From Eledone cirrhosa (taxonomy: Eukaryota), in the NCBI GenBank assembly GCA_964016885.1, contig OZ024759.1:9300001-9364000 (forward strand): a stretch of DNA of 64,000 bases, read 5' to 3'. How positions within the stretch are numbered: the stretch's first letter is position 1; every line of letters starts with the position of its first letter. Below the pieces are notes generated by a model that did not search any database, had not been told where the DNA came from, and saw only the letters and a program-made list of their open reading frames with translations. This document shows positions 11,353 through 26,818 of this stretch, piece after piece. The position numbers and the translations under genes are program-made.

Positions 11353-11515
11353 AACTTCCAGATTGTTCCCCAGATTTGGAACTGTCGATATTTGACATTA
11401 ATCTGTTCTTGGCAGGAGTCTTTGTGTTAAATGCCGTGAGAATATTATCAACAAATTTCTTGCATTCCTCCCTGTCCACCCAATTATGTTCACCGACGGA
11501 ATCTTCAACATAAAC
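11353..11515 (-). CDS. INTS1: INTS1 coding exon (VYVEDSVGEHNWVDREECKKFVDNILTAFNTKTPAKNRLMSNIDSSKSGEQSGS)
   Basis: gtttAG acceptor, GTAAGT donor, 163 nt, phase 0/1; resembles INTS1 VYIEDSLGERIWVD...FVDNIQTAFNT. Confidence 0.94.
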
Positions 11516-11832
11516 CTAAACAGCAAAAGAAAAAAGAAAAAAAATCAATCAATAAATATACTGAAAATTACAATCAACAGGAGAGAGAGAGGGGGGGAGG
11601 GGGTAATAGACAGAGTCGGTAGAGCGTCAGAATATTTTGTGGTGTTTCTTCCTGCCCACTGATCTCCGAGTTCAAATCCCACCGAGGTCAACTTTGCTTT
11701 TCATCCTTTCGATGTTGATAATAAAAAAAAGTACCAGTCATATACTGGGTTGATTATTCCTTTTTATCCAGTTCTGGAAGAAATCTGTGTGTTCAGACCT
11801 GGAGAGGGATGGGCTCCACCAGGCTTGTCTAG

Positions 11833-14800
11833 ACACCCCACCCTTCACCTATGTCCTACACCCCACCCTTTACCTATGTCCTACACTCAACCCTTCACCT
11901 ATGTCCTACACCCCACCCTTCACCTATGTCCTACACCCCACCCTTCACCTATGTCCTACACCCCACCCTTCACCTAAGTCCTACACCCCACCCTTCACCT
12001 ATATCCTACACCCCACCCTTCACCTATGTCCTACACTCAACCCTTCACCTATGTCCTATACGCCACCCTTCACCTATGTCCTACACTCAACCCTTCACCT
12101 ATGTCCTACACCCCACCCTTCACCTAAGTCCTACACTCAACCCTTCACCTATGTCCTACACCCCACCCTTCACCTATGTCCTACACCCCACCCTTCACCT
12201 ATGTCCTACACTCAACCCTTCACCTATGTCCTACACCCCACCCTTCACCTATGTCCTACACCCCACCCTTCACCTATGTCCTACACGCCACCCTTCACCT
12301 ATGTCCTACACCCCACCCTTCACCTATGTCCTACACCCCACCCTTCACCTATGTCCTACACCCCACCCTTCACCTATGTCCTACACCCCACACTTCACCT
12401 ATGTCCTACACGCCACCCTTCACCTATGTCCTACACCCCACCCTTCACCTATGTCCTACACCCCACCCTTCACCTATGTCCTACACCCCACCCTTCACCT
12501 ATGTCCTACACCCCACCCTTCACCTATGTCCTACACCCCACCCTTCACCTATGTCCTACACCCCACCCTTCCCCTATGTCCTACACCCCACCCTTCACCT
12601 ATGTCCTACACCCCACCCTTCACCTATGTCCTACACCCCACCCTTCACCTATGTCCTACACTCAACCCTTCACCTATGTCCTACACCCCACCCTTCACCT
12701 ATGTCCTACACCCCACCCTTCACCTATGTCCTACACCCCACCCTTCACCTATGTCCTATACGCCACCCTTCACCTATGTCCTATACCCCACCCTTCACCT
12801 ATGTCCTACACCCCATCCTTCACCTATGTCCTACACCCCACCCTTCACCTATGTCCTACACCCCACCCTTCACCTATGTCCTACACCCCACCCTTCACCC
12901 ATGTCCTACACTCAACCCTTCACCTATGTCCTACACTCAACCCTTCACCTATGTCCTACACCCCACCCTTCACCTATGTCCTACACCCCACCCTTCACCT
13001 ATGTCCTATACGCCACCCTTCACCTAAGTCCTACACTCAACCCTTCACCTATGTCCTACACCCAACCCTTCACCTATGTCCTACACCCCACCCTTCACCT
13101 ATATCCTACACCCCACCCTTCACCTATGTCCTACACTCAACCCTTCACCTATGTCCTACACCCCACCCTTCACCTATGTCCTACACTCAACCCTTCACCT
13201 ATGTCCTACACCCCACCCTTCACCTATGTCCTACACCCCACCCTTCACCTATATCCTACACCCCACCCTTCACCTATGTCCTACACTCAACCCTTCACCT
13301 ATGTCCTATACGCCACCCTTCACCTATGTCCTACACTCAACCCTTCACCTATGTCCTACACCCCACCCTTCACCTAAGTCCTACACTCAACCCTTCACCT
13401 ATGTCCTACACCCCACCCTTCACCTATGTCCTACACCCCACCCTTCACCTATGTCCTACACTCAACCCTTCACCTATGTCCTACACCCCACCCTTCAACT
13501 ATGTCCTACACCCCACCCTTCACCTATGTCCTATACGCCACCCTTCACCTATGTCCTACACCCCACCCTTCACCTATGTCCTACACCCCACCCTTCACCT
13601 ATGTCCTACACCCCACCCTTCACCTATGTCCTACACCCCACACTTCACCTATGTCCTACACGCCACCCTTCACCTATGTCCTACACCCCACCCTTCACCT
13701 ATGTCCTACACCCCACCCTTCACCTATGTCCTACACCCCACCCTTCACCTATGTCCTACACCCCACCCATCACCTATGTCCTATATGCCACCCTTCACCT
13801 ATGTCCTACACCCCACCCTTCACCTATGTCCTACACCCCACCCTTCACCTATGTCCTACACCCCACCCTTCACCTATGTCCTATACGCCACCCTTCACCT
13901 ATGTCCTATACCCCACCCTTCACCTATGTCCTACACCCCATCCTTCACCTATGTCCTACACCCCACCCTTCACCTATGTCCTACACCCCACCCTTCACCT
14001 ATGTCCTACACCCCACCCTTCACCTATGTCCTATACGCCACCCTTCACATATGTCCTACACTCAACCCTTCACCTATGTCCTACACCCCACCCTTCACCT
14101 ATGTCCTACACCCCACCCTTCACCTATGTCCTATACGCCACCCTTCACCTAAGTCCTACACTCAACCCTTCACCTATGTCCTACACCCCACCCTTCACCT
14201 ATGTCCTACACCCCACCCTTCACCTATGTCCTACACCCCACCCTTCACCTATGTCCTACACCCCACCCTTCACCTATGTCCTATACCCCACCCTTCACCT
14301 ATGTCCTACACCCCATCCTTCACCTATGTCCTACACCCCACCCTTCACCTATGTCCTATACGCCACCCTTCACCTATGTCCTATACCCCACCCTTCACCT
14401 ATGTCCTACACCCCACCCTTCACCTATGTCCTACACCCCACCCTTCACCTATGTCCTACACCCCACCCTTCACCTATGTCCTATACGCCACCCTTCACCT
14501 AAGTCCTACACTCAACCCTTCACCTATGTCCTACACCCCACCCTTCACCTATGTCCTACACTCAACCCTTCACCTATGTCCTACACCCCACCCTTCACCT
14601 ATGTCCTACACTCAACCCTTCACCTATGTCCTACACCCCACCCTTCACCTATGTCCTACACCCCACCCTTCACCTATGTCCTATACCCCACCCTTCACCT
14701 ATGTCCTACACCCCATCCTTCACCTATGTCCTACACCCCACCCTTCACCTATGTCCTATACCCCACCCTTCACCTATGTCCTACACCCCACCCTTCACCT

Positions 14801-17800
14801 ATGTCCTACACCCCACCCTTCACCTATGTCCTACACCCCACCCTTCACCTATGTCCTATACTCAACCCTTCACCTATGTCCTACACCCCACCCTTCACCT
14901 ATGTCCTCCTACACCCCACCCTTCACCTATGTCCTACACCCCACCCTTCACCTATGTCCTACACCCCACCCTTCACCTATGTCCTACACTCAACCCTTCA
15001 CCTATGTCCTACACCCCACCCTTCACCTATGTCCTACACCCCACCCTTCACCTATGTCCTACACCCCACCCTTCACCTATGTCCTACACTCAACCCTTCA
15101 CCTATGTCCTACACCCCACCCTTCACCTATGTCCTCCTACACCCCACCCTTCACCTATGTCCTACACTCAACCCTTCACCTATGTCCTCCTACACCCCAC
15201 CCTTCACCTATGTCCTACACCCCACCCTTCACCTATGTCCTACACCCCACCCTTCACCTATGTCCTATACGCCACCCTTCACCTAAGTCCTACACTCAAC
15301 CCTTCACCTATGTCCTACACCCCACCCTTCACCTATGTCCTACACTCAACCCTTCACCTATGTCCTACACCCCACCCTTCACCTATGTCCTACACTCAAC
15401 CCTTCACCTATGTCCTATACCCCACCCTTCACCTATGTCCTACACCCCATCCTTCACCTATGTCCTACACCCCACCCTTCACCTATGTCCTATACCCCAC
15501 CCTTCACCTATGTCCTACACCCCACCCTTCACCTATGTCCTACACCCCACCCTTCACCTATGTCCTACACCCCACCCTTCACCTATGTCCTATACTCAAC
15601 CCTTCACCTATGTCCTACACCCCACCCTTCACCTATGTCCTACACTCAACCCTTCACCTATGTCCTCCTACACCCCACCCTTCACCTATGTCCTACACCC
15701 CACCCTTCACCTATGTCCTATACGCCACCCTTCACCTAAGTCCTACACTCAACCCTTCACCTATGTCCTACACCCCACCCTTCACCTATGTCCTACACTC
15801 AACCCTTCACCTATGTCCTACACCCCACCCTTCACCTATGTCCTACACCCCACCCTTCACCTATGTCCTATACCCCACCCTTCACCTATGTCCTACACCC
15901 CATCCTTCACCTATGTCCTACACCCCACCCTTCACCTATGTCCTATACCCCACCCTTCACCTATGTCCTACACCCCACCCTTCACCTATGTCCTACACCC
16001 CACCCTTCACCTATGTCCTACACCCCACCCTTCACCTATGTCCTACACTCAACCCTTCACCTATGTCCTACACCCCACCCTTCACCTATGTCCTACACTC
16101 AACCCTTCACCTATGTCCTACACCCCACCCTTCACCTATGTCCTACACCCCACCCTTCACCTATGTCCTATACCCCACCCTTCACCTATGTCCTACACCC
16201 CACCCTTCACCTATGTCCTCCTACACCCCACCCTTCACCTATGTCCTACACTCAACCCTTCACCTATGTCCTACACCCCACCCTTCACCTATGTCCTACA
16301 CTCAACCCTTCACCTATGTCCTACACCCCACCCTTCACCTATGTCCTCCTACACCCCACCCTTCACCTATGTCCTACACTCAACCCTTCACCTATGTCCT
16401 ACACCCCACCCTTCACCTATGTCCTACACTCAACCCTTCACCTATGTCCTCCTACACCCCACCCTTCACCTATGTCCTACACTCAACCCTTCACCTATGT
16501 CCTCCTACACCCCACCCTTCACCTATGTCCTACACCCCACCCTTCACCTATGTCCTACACTCAACCCTTCACCTATGTCCTCCTACACCCCACCCTTCAC
16601 CTATGTCCTACACCCCACCCTTCACCTATGTCCTACACTCAACCCTTCACCTATGTCCTCCTACACCCCACCCTTCACCTATGTCCTACACTCAACCCTT
16701 CACCTATGTCCTCCTACACCCCACGCTTCACCTATGTCCTCCATTCAACCCTTCACCTATATCCTACACCCCACCCTTCACCTATATCCTACACCCCACC
16801 CTTCACCTATGTCCTACACTCAACCCTTCACCTATGTCCTACACCCCACCCTTCACCTATGTCCTCCTACACCCCACCCTTCACCTATGTCCTCCACTCA
16901 ACCCTTCACCTATATCCTACACCCCACCCTTCACCTATATCCTACACCCCACCCTTCACCTATGTCCTACACTCAACCCTTCACCTATGTCCTACACCCC
17001 ACCCTTCACCTATGTCCTACACCCCACCTTTCACCTATGTCCTACACTCAACCCTTCACCTATGTCCTACACTCAACCCTTCACCTATGTCCTACACCCC
17101 ACCCTTCACTCAACCCTTCACCTATGTCCTATACGCCACCCTTCACCTATGTCCTACACTCAACCCTTCACCTATGTCCTATACGCCACCCTTCACCTAT
17201 GTCCTACACCCCACCCTTCACCTATGTCCTACACTCAACCCTTCACCTATGTCCTACACCCCACCCTATGTCCTACACCCCACCCTATGTCCTACACCCC
17301 ACCCTTCACCTATGTCCTACACTCAACCCTTCACCTATGTCCTATACGCCACCCTTCACCTATGTCCTACACCCCACCCTTCACCTATGTCCTACACTCA
17401 ACCCTTCACCTATGTTCTACACGCCACCCTTCACCTATATCCTACACCCCACCCTTCACCTATATCCTACACCCTACCCTTCACCTATGTCCTACACCCC
17501 ACCCTTCACCTATGTCCTACACTCAACCCTTCACCTATGTGCTATACGCCACCCTTCACCTATGTCCTCCTACACCCCACTCTTCACCTATGTCCTACAC
17601 CCCACCCTTCACCTATGTCCTACACTCAACCCTTCACCTATGTCCTACACTCAACCCTTCACCTATGTCCTCCTACACCCCACCCTTCACCTATGTCCTA
17701 CACTCAACCCTTCACCTATGTCCTACACTCAACCCTTCACCTATGTCCTACACCCCACCCTTCACCTATGTCCTCCACTCAACCCTTCACCTATATCCTA

Positions 17801-20622
17801 CACCCCACCCTTCACCTATATCCTACACCCCACCCTTCACCTATGTCCTACACTCAACCCTTCACCTATGTCCTACACCCCACCCTTCACCTATGTCCTA
17901 CACCCCACCTTTCACCTATGTCCTACACTCAACCCTTCACCTATGTCCTACACTCAACCCTTCACCTATGTCCTACACCTCACCCTTCACTCAACCCTTC
18001 ACCTATGTCCTATACGCCACCCTTCACCTATGTCCTACACTCAACCCTTCACCTATGTCCTATACGCCACCCTTCACCTATGTCCTACATCCCACCCTTC
18101 ACCTATGTCCTACACTCAACCCTTCACCTATGTCCTACACCCCACCCTATGTCCTACACCCCACCCTTCACCTATGTCCTACACTCAACCCTTCACCTAT
18201 GTCCTATACGCCACCCTTCACCTATGTCCTACACCCCACCCTTCACCTATGTCCTACACCCCACCCTTCACCTATGTCCTACACCCCACCCTTCACCTAT
18301 GTCCTACACTCAACCCTTCACCTATGTCCTACACGCCACCCTTCACCTATATCCTACACCCTACCCTTCACCTATGTCCTACACCCCACCCTTCACCTAT
18401 GTCCTACACTCAACCCTTCACCTATGTCCTACACTCAACCCTTCACCTATGTCCTATACGCCACCCTTCACCTATGTCCTATACGCCACCCTTCACCTAT
18501 GTCCTACACTCAACCCTTCACCTATGTCCTACACTCAACCCTTCACCTATATCCTACACTCAACCCTTCACCTATGTCCTACACTCAACCCTTCACCTAT
18601 GTCCTACACTCAACCCTTCACCTATGTCCTACACCCCACCTTTCACCTATGTCCTACACTCAACCCTTCACCTATGTCCTACACTCAACCCTTCACCTAT
18701 GTCCTATACGCCACCCTTCACCTATGTCCTATACGCCACCCTTCACCTATGTCCTACACTCAACCCTTCACCTATGTCCTATACGCCACCCTTCACCTAT
18801 CTCCTACACCCCACCCTTCACCTATGTCCTACACTCCACCCTTCACCTATGTCCTACACTCCACCCTTCACCTATGTCCTACACTCAACCCTTCCCCTAT
18901 GTCCTACACTCCACCCTTCACCTATGTCCTACACTCAACCCTTCACCTATGTCCTACACCCCACCCTTCACCTATGTCCTACACCCCACCCTTCACCTAT
19001 ATCCTACACTCCACCCTTCACCTGTCCTATACGCCACCCTTCACCTATGTCCTACATCCCACCCTTCACCTATGTCCTACACTCAACCCTTCACCTATGT
19101 CCTACACTCAACCCTTCATCTATGTCCTCCTACACCCCACCCTTCACCTATGTCCTACACCCCACCCTTCACCTATGTCCTACACTCAACCCTTCACCTA
19201 TGTCCTACACTCAACCCTTCACCTATGTCCTCCTACACCCCACCCTTCACCTATGTCCTACACTCAACCCTTCACCTATGTCCTACACCCCACACTTCAC
19301 CTATGTCCTACACTCAACCCTTCACCTATATCCTACACCCCACCCTTCACCTATATCCTACACCCCACCCTTCACCTATGTCCTACACTCAACCCTTCAC
19401 CTATGTCCTACACCCCACCCTTCACCTATGTCCTACACCCCACCTTCACCTATGTCCTACACTCAACCCTTCACCTATGTCCTACACTCAACCCTTCACC
19501 TATGTCCTACACCCCACCCTTCACTCAACCCTTCACCTATGTCCTATACGCCACCCTTCACCTATGTCCTACACTCAACCCTTCACCTATGTCCTATATG
19601 CCACCCTTCACCTATGTCCTACACCCCACCCTTCACCTATGTCCTACACTCAACCCTTCACCTATGTCCTACACCCCACCCTATGTCCTACACCCCACCC
19701 TTCACCTATGTCCTACACTCAACCCTTCACCTATGTCCTATACGCCACCCTTCACCTATGTCCTACACCCCACCCTTCACCTATGTCCTACACCCCACCC
19801 TTCACCTATGCCCTACACTCAACCCTTCACCTATGTTCTACACGCCACCCTTCACCTATATCCTACACCCCACCCTTCACCTATATCCTACACCCTACCC
19901 TTCACCTATGTCCTACACCCCACCCTTCACCTATGTCCTACACTCAACCCTTCACCTATGTCCTACACTCAACCCTTCACCTATGTGCTATACGCCACCC
20001 TTCACCTATGGCCTATACGCCACCCTTCACCTATGTCCTACACTCAACCCTTCACCTATGTCCTACACTCAACCCTTCACCTATATCCTACACTCAACCT
20101 TTCACCTATGTCCTACACTCAACCCTTCACCTATGTCCTACACTCAACCCTTCACCTATGTCCTACACCCCACCCTTCACCTATGTCCTACACTCAACCC
20201 TTCAACTATGTCCTACACTCAACCCTTCACCTATGTCCTATACGCCACCCTTCACCTATGTCCTATACGCCACCCTTCACCTATGTCCTACACTCAACCC
20301 TTCACCTATGTCCTATACGCCACCCTTCACCTATGTCCTACACCCCACCCTTCACCTATGTCCTACACTCAACCCTTCACCTATGTCCTACACTACACCC
20401 TTCACCTATGTCCTACACTCCACCCTTCACCTATGTCCTACACTCAACCCTTCCCCTATGTCCTACACTCCACCCTTCACCTATGTCCTACACTCAACCC
20501 TTCACCTATGTCCTACACCCCACCCTTCACCTATGTCCTACACCCCACCCTTCACCTATATCCTACACTCCACCCTTCACCTATGTCCTATACCCCACCC
20601 TTCCCCTATGTCCTACACTCAC
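11833..20622. repeat. 25-bp intronic minisatellite (CACCCTTCACCTATGTCCTACACCC)n, about 350 copies
   Basis: Uninterrupted 8.8-kb array; the stop-free unit yields the spurious giant ORFs in all three + frames. Confidence 0.97.
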
Positions 20623-21093
20623 CCCATCACCAGATAAATCAGCCCCCCCTACCCTATATCTACCTCTCCTATCCCCATGCACCTCCACCACCTCAGTCCA
20701 CACTGTAAATATGGCTGGTGTTAGGGAGGACATCCAGGCCGTAGAAACAATGCCAAAATCAGTTCTGCATGAGCAAGACATAGTCATCTGGTTTTGCTTG
20801 TATCACAACAGGAAAACTCGTCTAACCCATCCTAGCGTGGGAAAGTGGACATTAAATGGTGATGATGATGTAATGATGACTCTTATATGAAATTATATTG
20901 AAAGATTTTAATTTAAATAGGAGCCCGTTAAAATGGATGATTTTGTTTCATAAGACCAGAGCTGGTTTTCTATGAAAAGGGTTTTAATATGTAACAGCCT
21001 GTATTGTATGAAACAACAGCAAATTCCTTAAACAGCCATGGCTGCATGTTCACAGTAGAAATGTTGAGAGAAAAGGAGACATATTCCACTTAC

Positions 21094-21231
21094 CTTGACA
21101 AAATCATCAGGCCAGCTGTCATCCTCGTTGTAAGCTGCCATTAAAATATTACACGCCAAGACTGAAACAAGTGGGTTGCCTTTTGCTTTGAAATTTATTG
21201 ACACATCCCGTTTCAACAGACTGCAGAAGGC
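21094..21231 (-). CDS. INTS1: INTS1 coding exon (AFCSLLKRDVSINFKAKGNPLVSVLACNILMAAYNEDDSWPDDFVK)
   Basis: atttAG acceptor, GTAAGT donor, 138 nt, phase 0/0; nearly identical to INTS1 ALCSLLRRDASINFKAKGNSLVSVLACNLLMAAY. Confidence 0.96.
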
Positions 21232-21366
21232 CTAAATAAATATATAAGGATATATAGACAGAGTCAAACATTAACTGAATCAGCACTCAATACATGTGAG
21301 CATGGTATTAAAATTTATTTTTTGTGTGTATATATTCTTTCATCCTTCCTCAACAAATGCCCCAAC

Positions 21367-24300
21367 CATCACAGGCTCTACTCCGCTCACCCAGCCACTT
21401 TCACCTACAACACATGACTTAACCATCTCATTCCATTTCTCTTCACAACATTCATCACAGGCTCTACTCCTCTCACCCAGTCACTTTCATCTACAACACA
21501 TGACTTAACCATCTCATTCCATTTCTCTTCACAACATCCATCACAGGCTCTACTCCGCTCACCCAGCCACTTTCACCTACAACACATGACTTAACCATCT
21601 CATTCCATTTCTCTTCACAACATTCATCACAGGCTCTACTCCTCTCACCCAGTCACTTTCATCTACAACACATGACTTAACCATCTCATTCCATTTCTCT
21701 TCACAACATTCATCACAGGCTCTACACCGCTCACCCAGCCACTTTCACCTACAACACATGACTTAACCATCTCATTCCATTTCTCTTCACAACAACCATC
21801 ACAGGCTCTACTCCGCTCACCCAGTCACTTTCATCTACAACACATGACTTAACCATCTCATTCCATTTCTCTTCACAACAACCATCACAGGCTCTACTCC
21901 GCTCCCCCAGTCACTTTCACCTACAACACATGACTTAACCATCTCATTCCATTTCTCTTCACAACATTCACCACAGGCTCTACTCCGCTCCCCCAGTCAC
22001 TTTCACCTACAACACATGACTTATCTCATTCCATTTCTCTTCACAACAACCATCACAGGCTCTACTCCGCTCACCCAGTCACTTTCACCTACAACACATG
22101 ACTTAACCATCTCATTCCATTTCTCTTCACAACATTCACCACAGGCTCTACTCCGCTCCCCCAGTCACTTTCACCTACAACACATGACTTATCTCATTCC
22201 ATTTCTCTTCACAACAACCATCACAGGCTCTACTCCGCTCACCCAGTCACTTTCACCTACAACACATGACTTAACCATCTCATTCATTCCATTTCTCTTC
22301 ACAACAACCATCACAGGCTCTACTCCGCTCAACCAGTCACTTTCATCTACAACACATGACTTAACCATCTCATTCCATTTCTCTTCACAACATTCATCAC
22401 AGGCTCTACTCCTCTCACCCAGTCACTTTCATCTACAACACATGACTTATCCATCTCATTCCATTTCTCTTCACAACATCCATCACAGGCTCTACTCCTC
22501 TCACCCAGTCACTTTCACCTACAACACATGACTTAACCATCTCATTCCATTTCTCTTCACAACATCCATCACAGGCTCTACTCCGCTCACCCAGCCACTT
22601 TCACCTACAACACATGACTTAACCATCTCATTCTATTTCTCTTCACAACATCCATCACAGGCTCTACTCCTCTCACCCAGTCACTTTCACCTACAACACA
22701 TGACTTAACCATCTCATTCTATTTCCCTTCACAACATTCATCACAGGCTCTACTCCTCTCACCCAGTCACTTTCACCTACAACACATGACTTAACCATCT
22801 CATTCTATTTCTCTTCACAACAACCATCACAGGCTCTAGTCCGCTCCCCCAGTCACTTTCACCTACAACACATGACTTAACCATCTCATTCTATTTCTCT
22901 TCACAACATCCATCACAGGCTCTACTCCTCTCACCCAGTCACTTTCACCTACAACACATGACTTAACCATCTCATTCCATTTCCCTTCACAACATTCATC
23001 ACAGGCTCTACTCCTCTCACCCAGTCACTTTCACCTACAACACATGACTTAACCATCTCATTCCATTTCTCTTCACAACATCCATCACAGGCTCTACTCC
23101 GCTCACCCAGCCACTTTCACCTACAACACATGACTTAACCATCTCATTCTATTTCCCTTCACAACATTCATCACAGGCTCTACTCCTCTCACCCAGTCAC
23201 TTTCACCTACAACACATGACTTAACCATCTCATTCTATTTCTCTTCACAACAACCATCACAGGCTCTAGTCCGCTCCCCCAGTCACTTTCACCTACAACA
23301 CATGACTTAACCATCTCATTCTATTTCTCTTCACAACATCCATCACAGGCTCTACTCCTCTCACCCAGTCACTTTCACCTACAACACATGACTTAACCAT
23401 CTCATTCCATTTCCCTTCACAACATTCATCACAGGCTCTACTCCTCTCACCCAGTCACTTTCACCTACAACACATGACTTAACCATCTCATTCTATTTCT
23501 CTTCACAACAACCATCACAGGCTCTAGTCCGCTCCCCCAGTCACTTTCACCTACAACACATGACTTAACCATCTCATTCTATTTCTCTTCACAACATCCA
23601 TCACAGGCTCTACTCCTCTCACCCAGTCACTTTCACCTACAACACATGACTTAACCATCTCATTCCATTTCCCTTCACAACATTCATCACAGGCTCTACT
23701 CCTCTCACCCAGTCACTTTCACCTACAACACATGACTTAACCATCTCATTCTATTTCTCTTCACAACAACCATCACAGGCTCTAGTCCGCTCCCCCAGTC
23801 ACTTTCACCTACAACACATGACTTAACCATCTCATTCTATTTCTCTTCACAACATCCATCACAGGCTCTACTCCTCTCACCCAGTCACTTTCACCTACAA
23901 CACATGACTTAACCATCTCATTCTATTTCCCTTCACAACATTCATCACAGGCTCTACTCCTCTCACCCAGTCACTTTCACCTACAACACATGACTTAACC
24001 ATCTCATTCTATTTCTCTTCACAACAACCATCACAGGCTCTAGTCCGCTCCCCCAGTCACTTTCACCTACAACACATGACTTAACCATCTCATTCTATTT
24101 CTCTTCACAACATCCATCACAGGCTCTACTCCTCTCACCCAGTCACTTTCATCTACAACACATGACTTAACCATCTCATTCCATTTCTCTTCACAACATT
24201 CATCACAGGCTCTACTCCGCTCCCCCAGTCACTTTCATCTACAATACATGACTTAACCATCTCATTCCATTTCTCTTCACAACATTCATCACAGGCTCTA

Positions 24301-26447
24301 CTCCGCTCCCCCAGTCACTTTCATCTACAATACATGACTTAACCATCTCATTCTATTTCTCTTCACAACATCCATCACAGGCTCTACTCCTCTCACCCAG
24401 TCACTTTCATCTACAACACATGACTTAACCATCTCATTCCATTTCTCTTCACAACATTCATCACAGGCTCTACTCCGCTCCCCCAGTCACTTTCATCTAC
24501 AACACATGACTTAACCATCTCATTCCATTTCTCTTCACAACATTCATCACAGGCTCTACTCCGCTCCCCCAGTCACTTTCATCTACAATACATGACTTAA
24601 CCATCTCATTCCATTTCTCTTCACAACAACCATCACAGGCTCTACTCCGCTCACCCAGTCATTTTAACTACAACACATGACTTAACCATCTCATTCCATT
24701 TCTCTTCACAACATTCATCACAGGCTCTACTCCTCTCCCCCAGTCACTTTCACCTACAACACATGACTTAACCATCTCATTCCATTTCTCTTCACAACAT
24801 TCATCACAGGCTCTACTCCTCTCCCCCAGTCACTTTCACCTACAACACATGACTTAACCATCTCATTCCATTTCTCTTCACAACAACCATCACAGGCTCT
24901 ACTCCTCTCACCCAGTCACTTTCATCTACAACACATGACTTAACCATCTCATTCCATTTCTCTTCACAACATTCATCACAGGCTCTACTCCTCTCACCCA
25001 GTCACTTTCACCTACAACACATGACTTAACCATCTCATTCCATTTCTCTTCACAACATCCATCACAGGCTCTACTCCGCTCACCCAGTCACTTTCATCTA
25101 CAACACATGACTTAACCATCTCATTCCATTTCTCTTCACAACAACCATCACAGGCTCTACTCCGCTCACCCAGTCATTTTAACTACAACACATGACTTAA
25201 CCATCTCATTCCATTTCTCTTCACAACATTCATCACAGGCTCTACTCCTCTCCCCCAGTCACTTTCACCTACAACACATGACTTAACCATCTCATTCCAT
25301 TTCTCTTCACAACATTCATCACAGGCTCTACTCCTCTCCCCCAGTCACTTTCACCTACAACACATGACTTAACCATCTCATTCCATTTCTCTTCACAACA
25401 ACCATCACAGGCTCTACTCCTCTCACCCAGTCACTTTCATCTACAACACATGACTTAACCATCTCATTCCATTTCTCTTCACAACATTCATCACAGGCTC
25501 TACTCCTCTCACCCAGTCACTTTCACCTACAACACATGACTTAACCATCTCATTCCATTTCTCTTCACAACATCCATCACAGGCTCTACTCCGCTCACCC
25601 AGTCACTTTCATCTACAACACATGACTTAACCATCTCATTCCATTTCTCTTCACAACAACCATCACAGGCTCTACTCCGCTCACCCAGTTACTTTCATCT
25701 ACAACACATGACTTAACCATCTCATTCCATTTCTCTTCACAACAACCATCACAGGCTCTACTCCGCTCACCCAGTCACTTTCACCTACAACACATGACTT
25801 AACCATCTCATTCCATTTCTCTTCACAACAACCATCACAGGCTCTACTCCTCTCACCCAGTCACTTTCATCTACAACACATGACTTAACCATCTCATTCC
25901 ATTTCTCTTCACAACAACCATCACAGGCTCTACTCCGCTCACCCAGTCACTTTCACCTACAACACATGACTTAACCATCTCATTCCATTTCTCTTCACAA
26001 CATTCATCACAGGCTCTACTCCTCTCACCCAGTCACTTTCAACTACAACACATGACTTAACCATCTCATTCCATTTCTCTTCACAACATTCATCACAGGC
26101 TCTACTCCGCTCCCCCAGTCACTTTCATCTACAACACATGACTTAACCATCTCATTCCATTTCTCTTCACAACATTCATCACAGGCTCTACTCCGCTCCC
26201 CCAGTCACTTTCATCTACAACACATGACTTAACCATCTCATTCCATTTCTCTTCACAACATTCATCACAGGCTCTACTCCGCTCCCCCAGTCACTTTCAC
26301 CTACAACACATGACTTAACCATCTCATTCCATTTCCCTTCACAACATTCATCACTGGCTCTACTCCGCTCCCCCAGTCACTTTCACCTACAACACATGAC
26401 TTAACCATCTCATTCCATTTCTCTTCACAACATTCATCACTGGCTCT
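21367..26447. repeat. 86-bp intronic satellite, about 59 copies
   Basis: CATCACAGGCTCTACTCCGCTCACCCAGTCACTTTCACCTACAACACATGACTTAACCATCTCATTCCATTTCTCTTCACAACATT, period 86. Confidence 0.96.
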
Positions 26448-26600
26448 ATTCCCACCATTTTCGGCAATTCATTGTTTGTCCACCCCTCTCTCTCTCTGCC
26501 CCAGCATGGCCACAATCTCATTGGTTGGAACAGATAAAAGAGTAAATGAGAAAACAAACAAACAAAAAAGCCAGGTAAATCCTGTTAAGAGTTAACCTAC

Positions 26601-26794
26601 CTCAGTTACGAGTTCACTGAGAAAGATTCTGGGTTTAGCTCTGACCAGGTATAGTAGACTGAGGTAGAAGCAGGGGTCTGGTTTGGATCGGTTGGCCCGC
26701 AGTGACTTCACTGCCCCACACAGCAGGCCATATACCCTCTCCATGTCATCATCAAAGGCATCAAGAACTTCACTCAGGAAATCAGCAGCATCAA
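26601..26794 (-). CDS. INTS1: INTS1 coding exon (VDAADFLSEVLDAFDDDMERVYGLLCGAVKSLRANRSKPDPCFYLSLLYLVRAKPRIFLSELVTE)
   Basis: tttcAG acceptor, GTAGGT donor, 194 nt, phase 1/0; resembles INTS1 GVLCGAVKQLKVTRAKPDSTLYLSLMYL. Not in the ORF track. Confidence 0.93.
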
Positions 26795-26818
26795 CTGAAA
26801 CATAAGATTAAATAGAAA

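Noticed and set aside
11787-20890. Giant 1700-2973-aa ORFs
   Set aside because: Translation of a stop-free 25-bp satellite; the same peptide appears in all three frames, antisense within an INTS1 intron.
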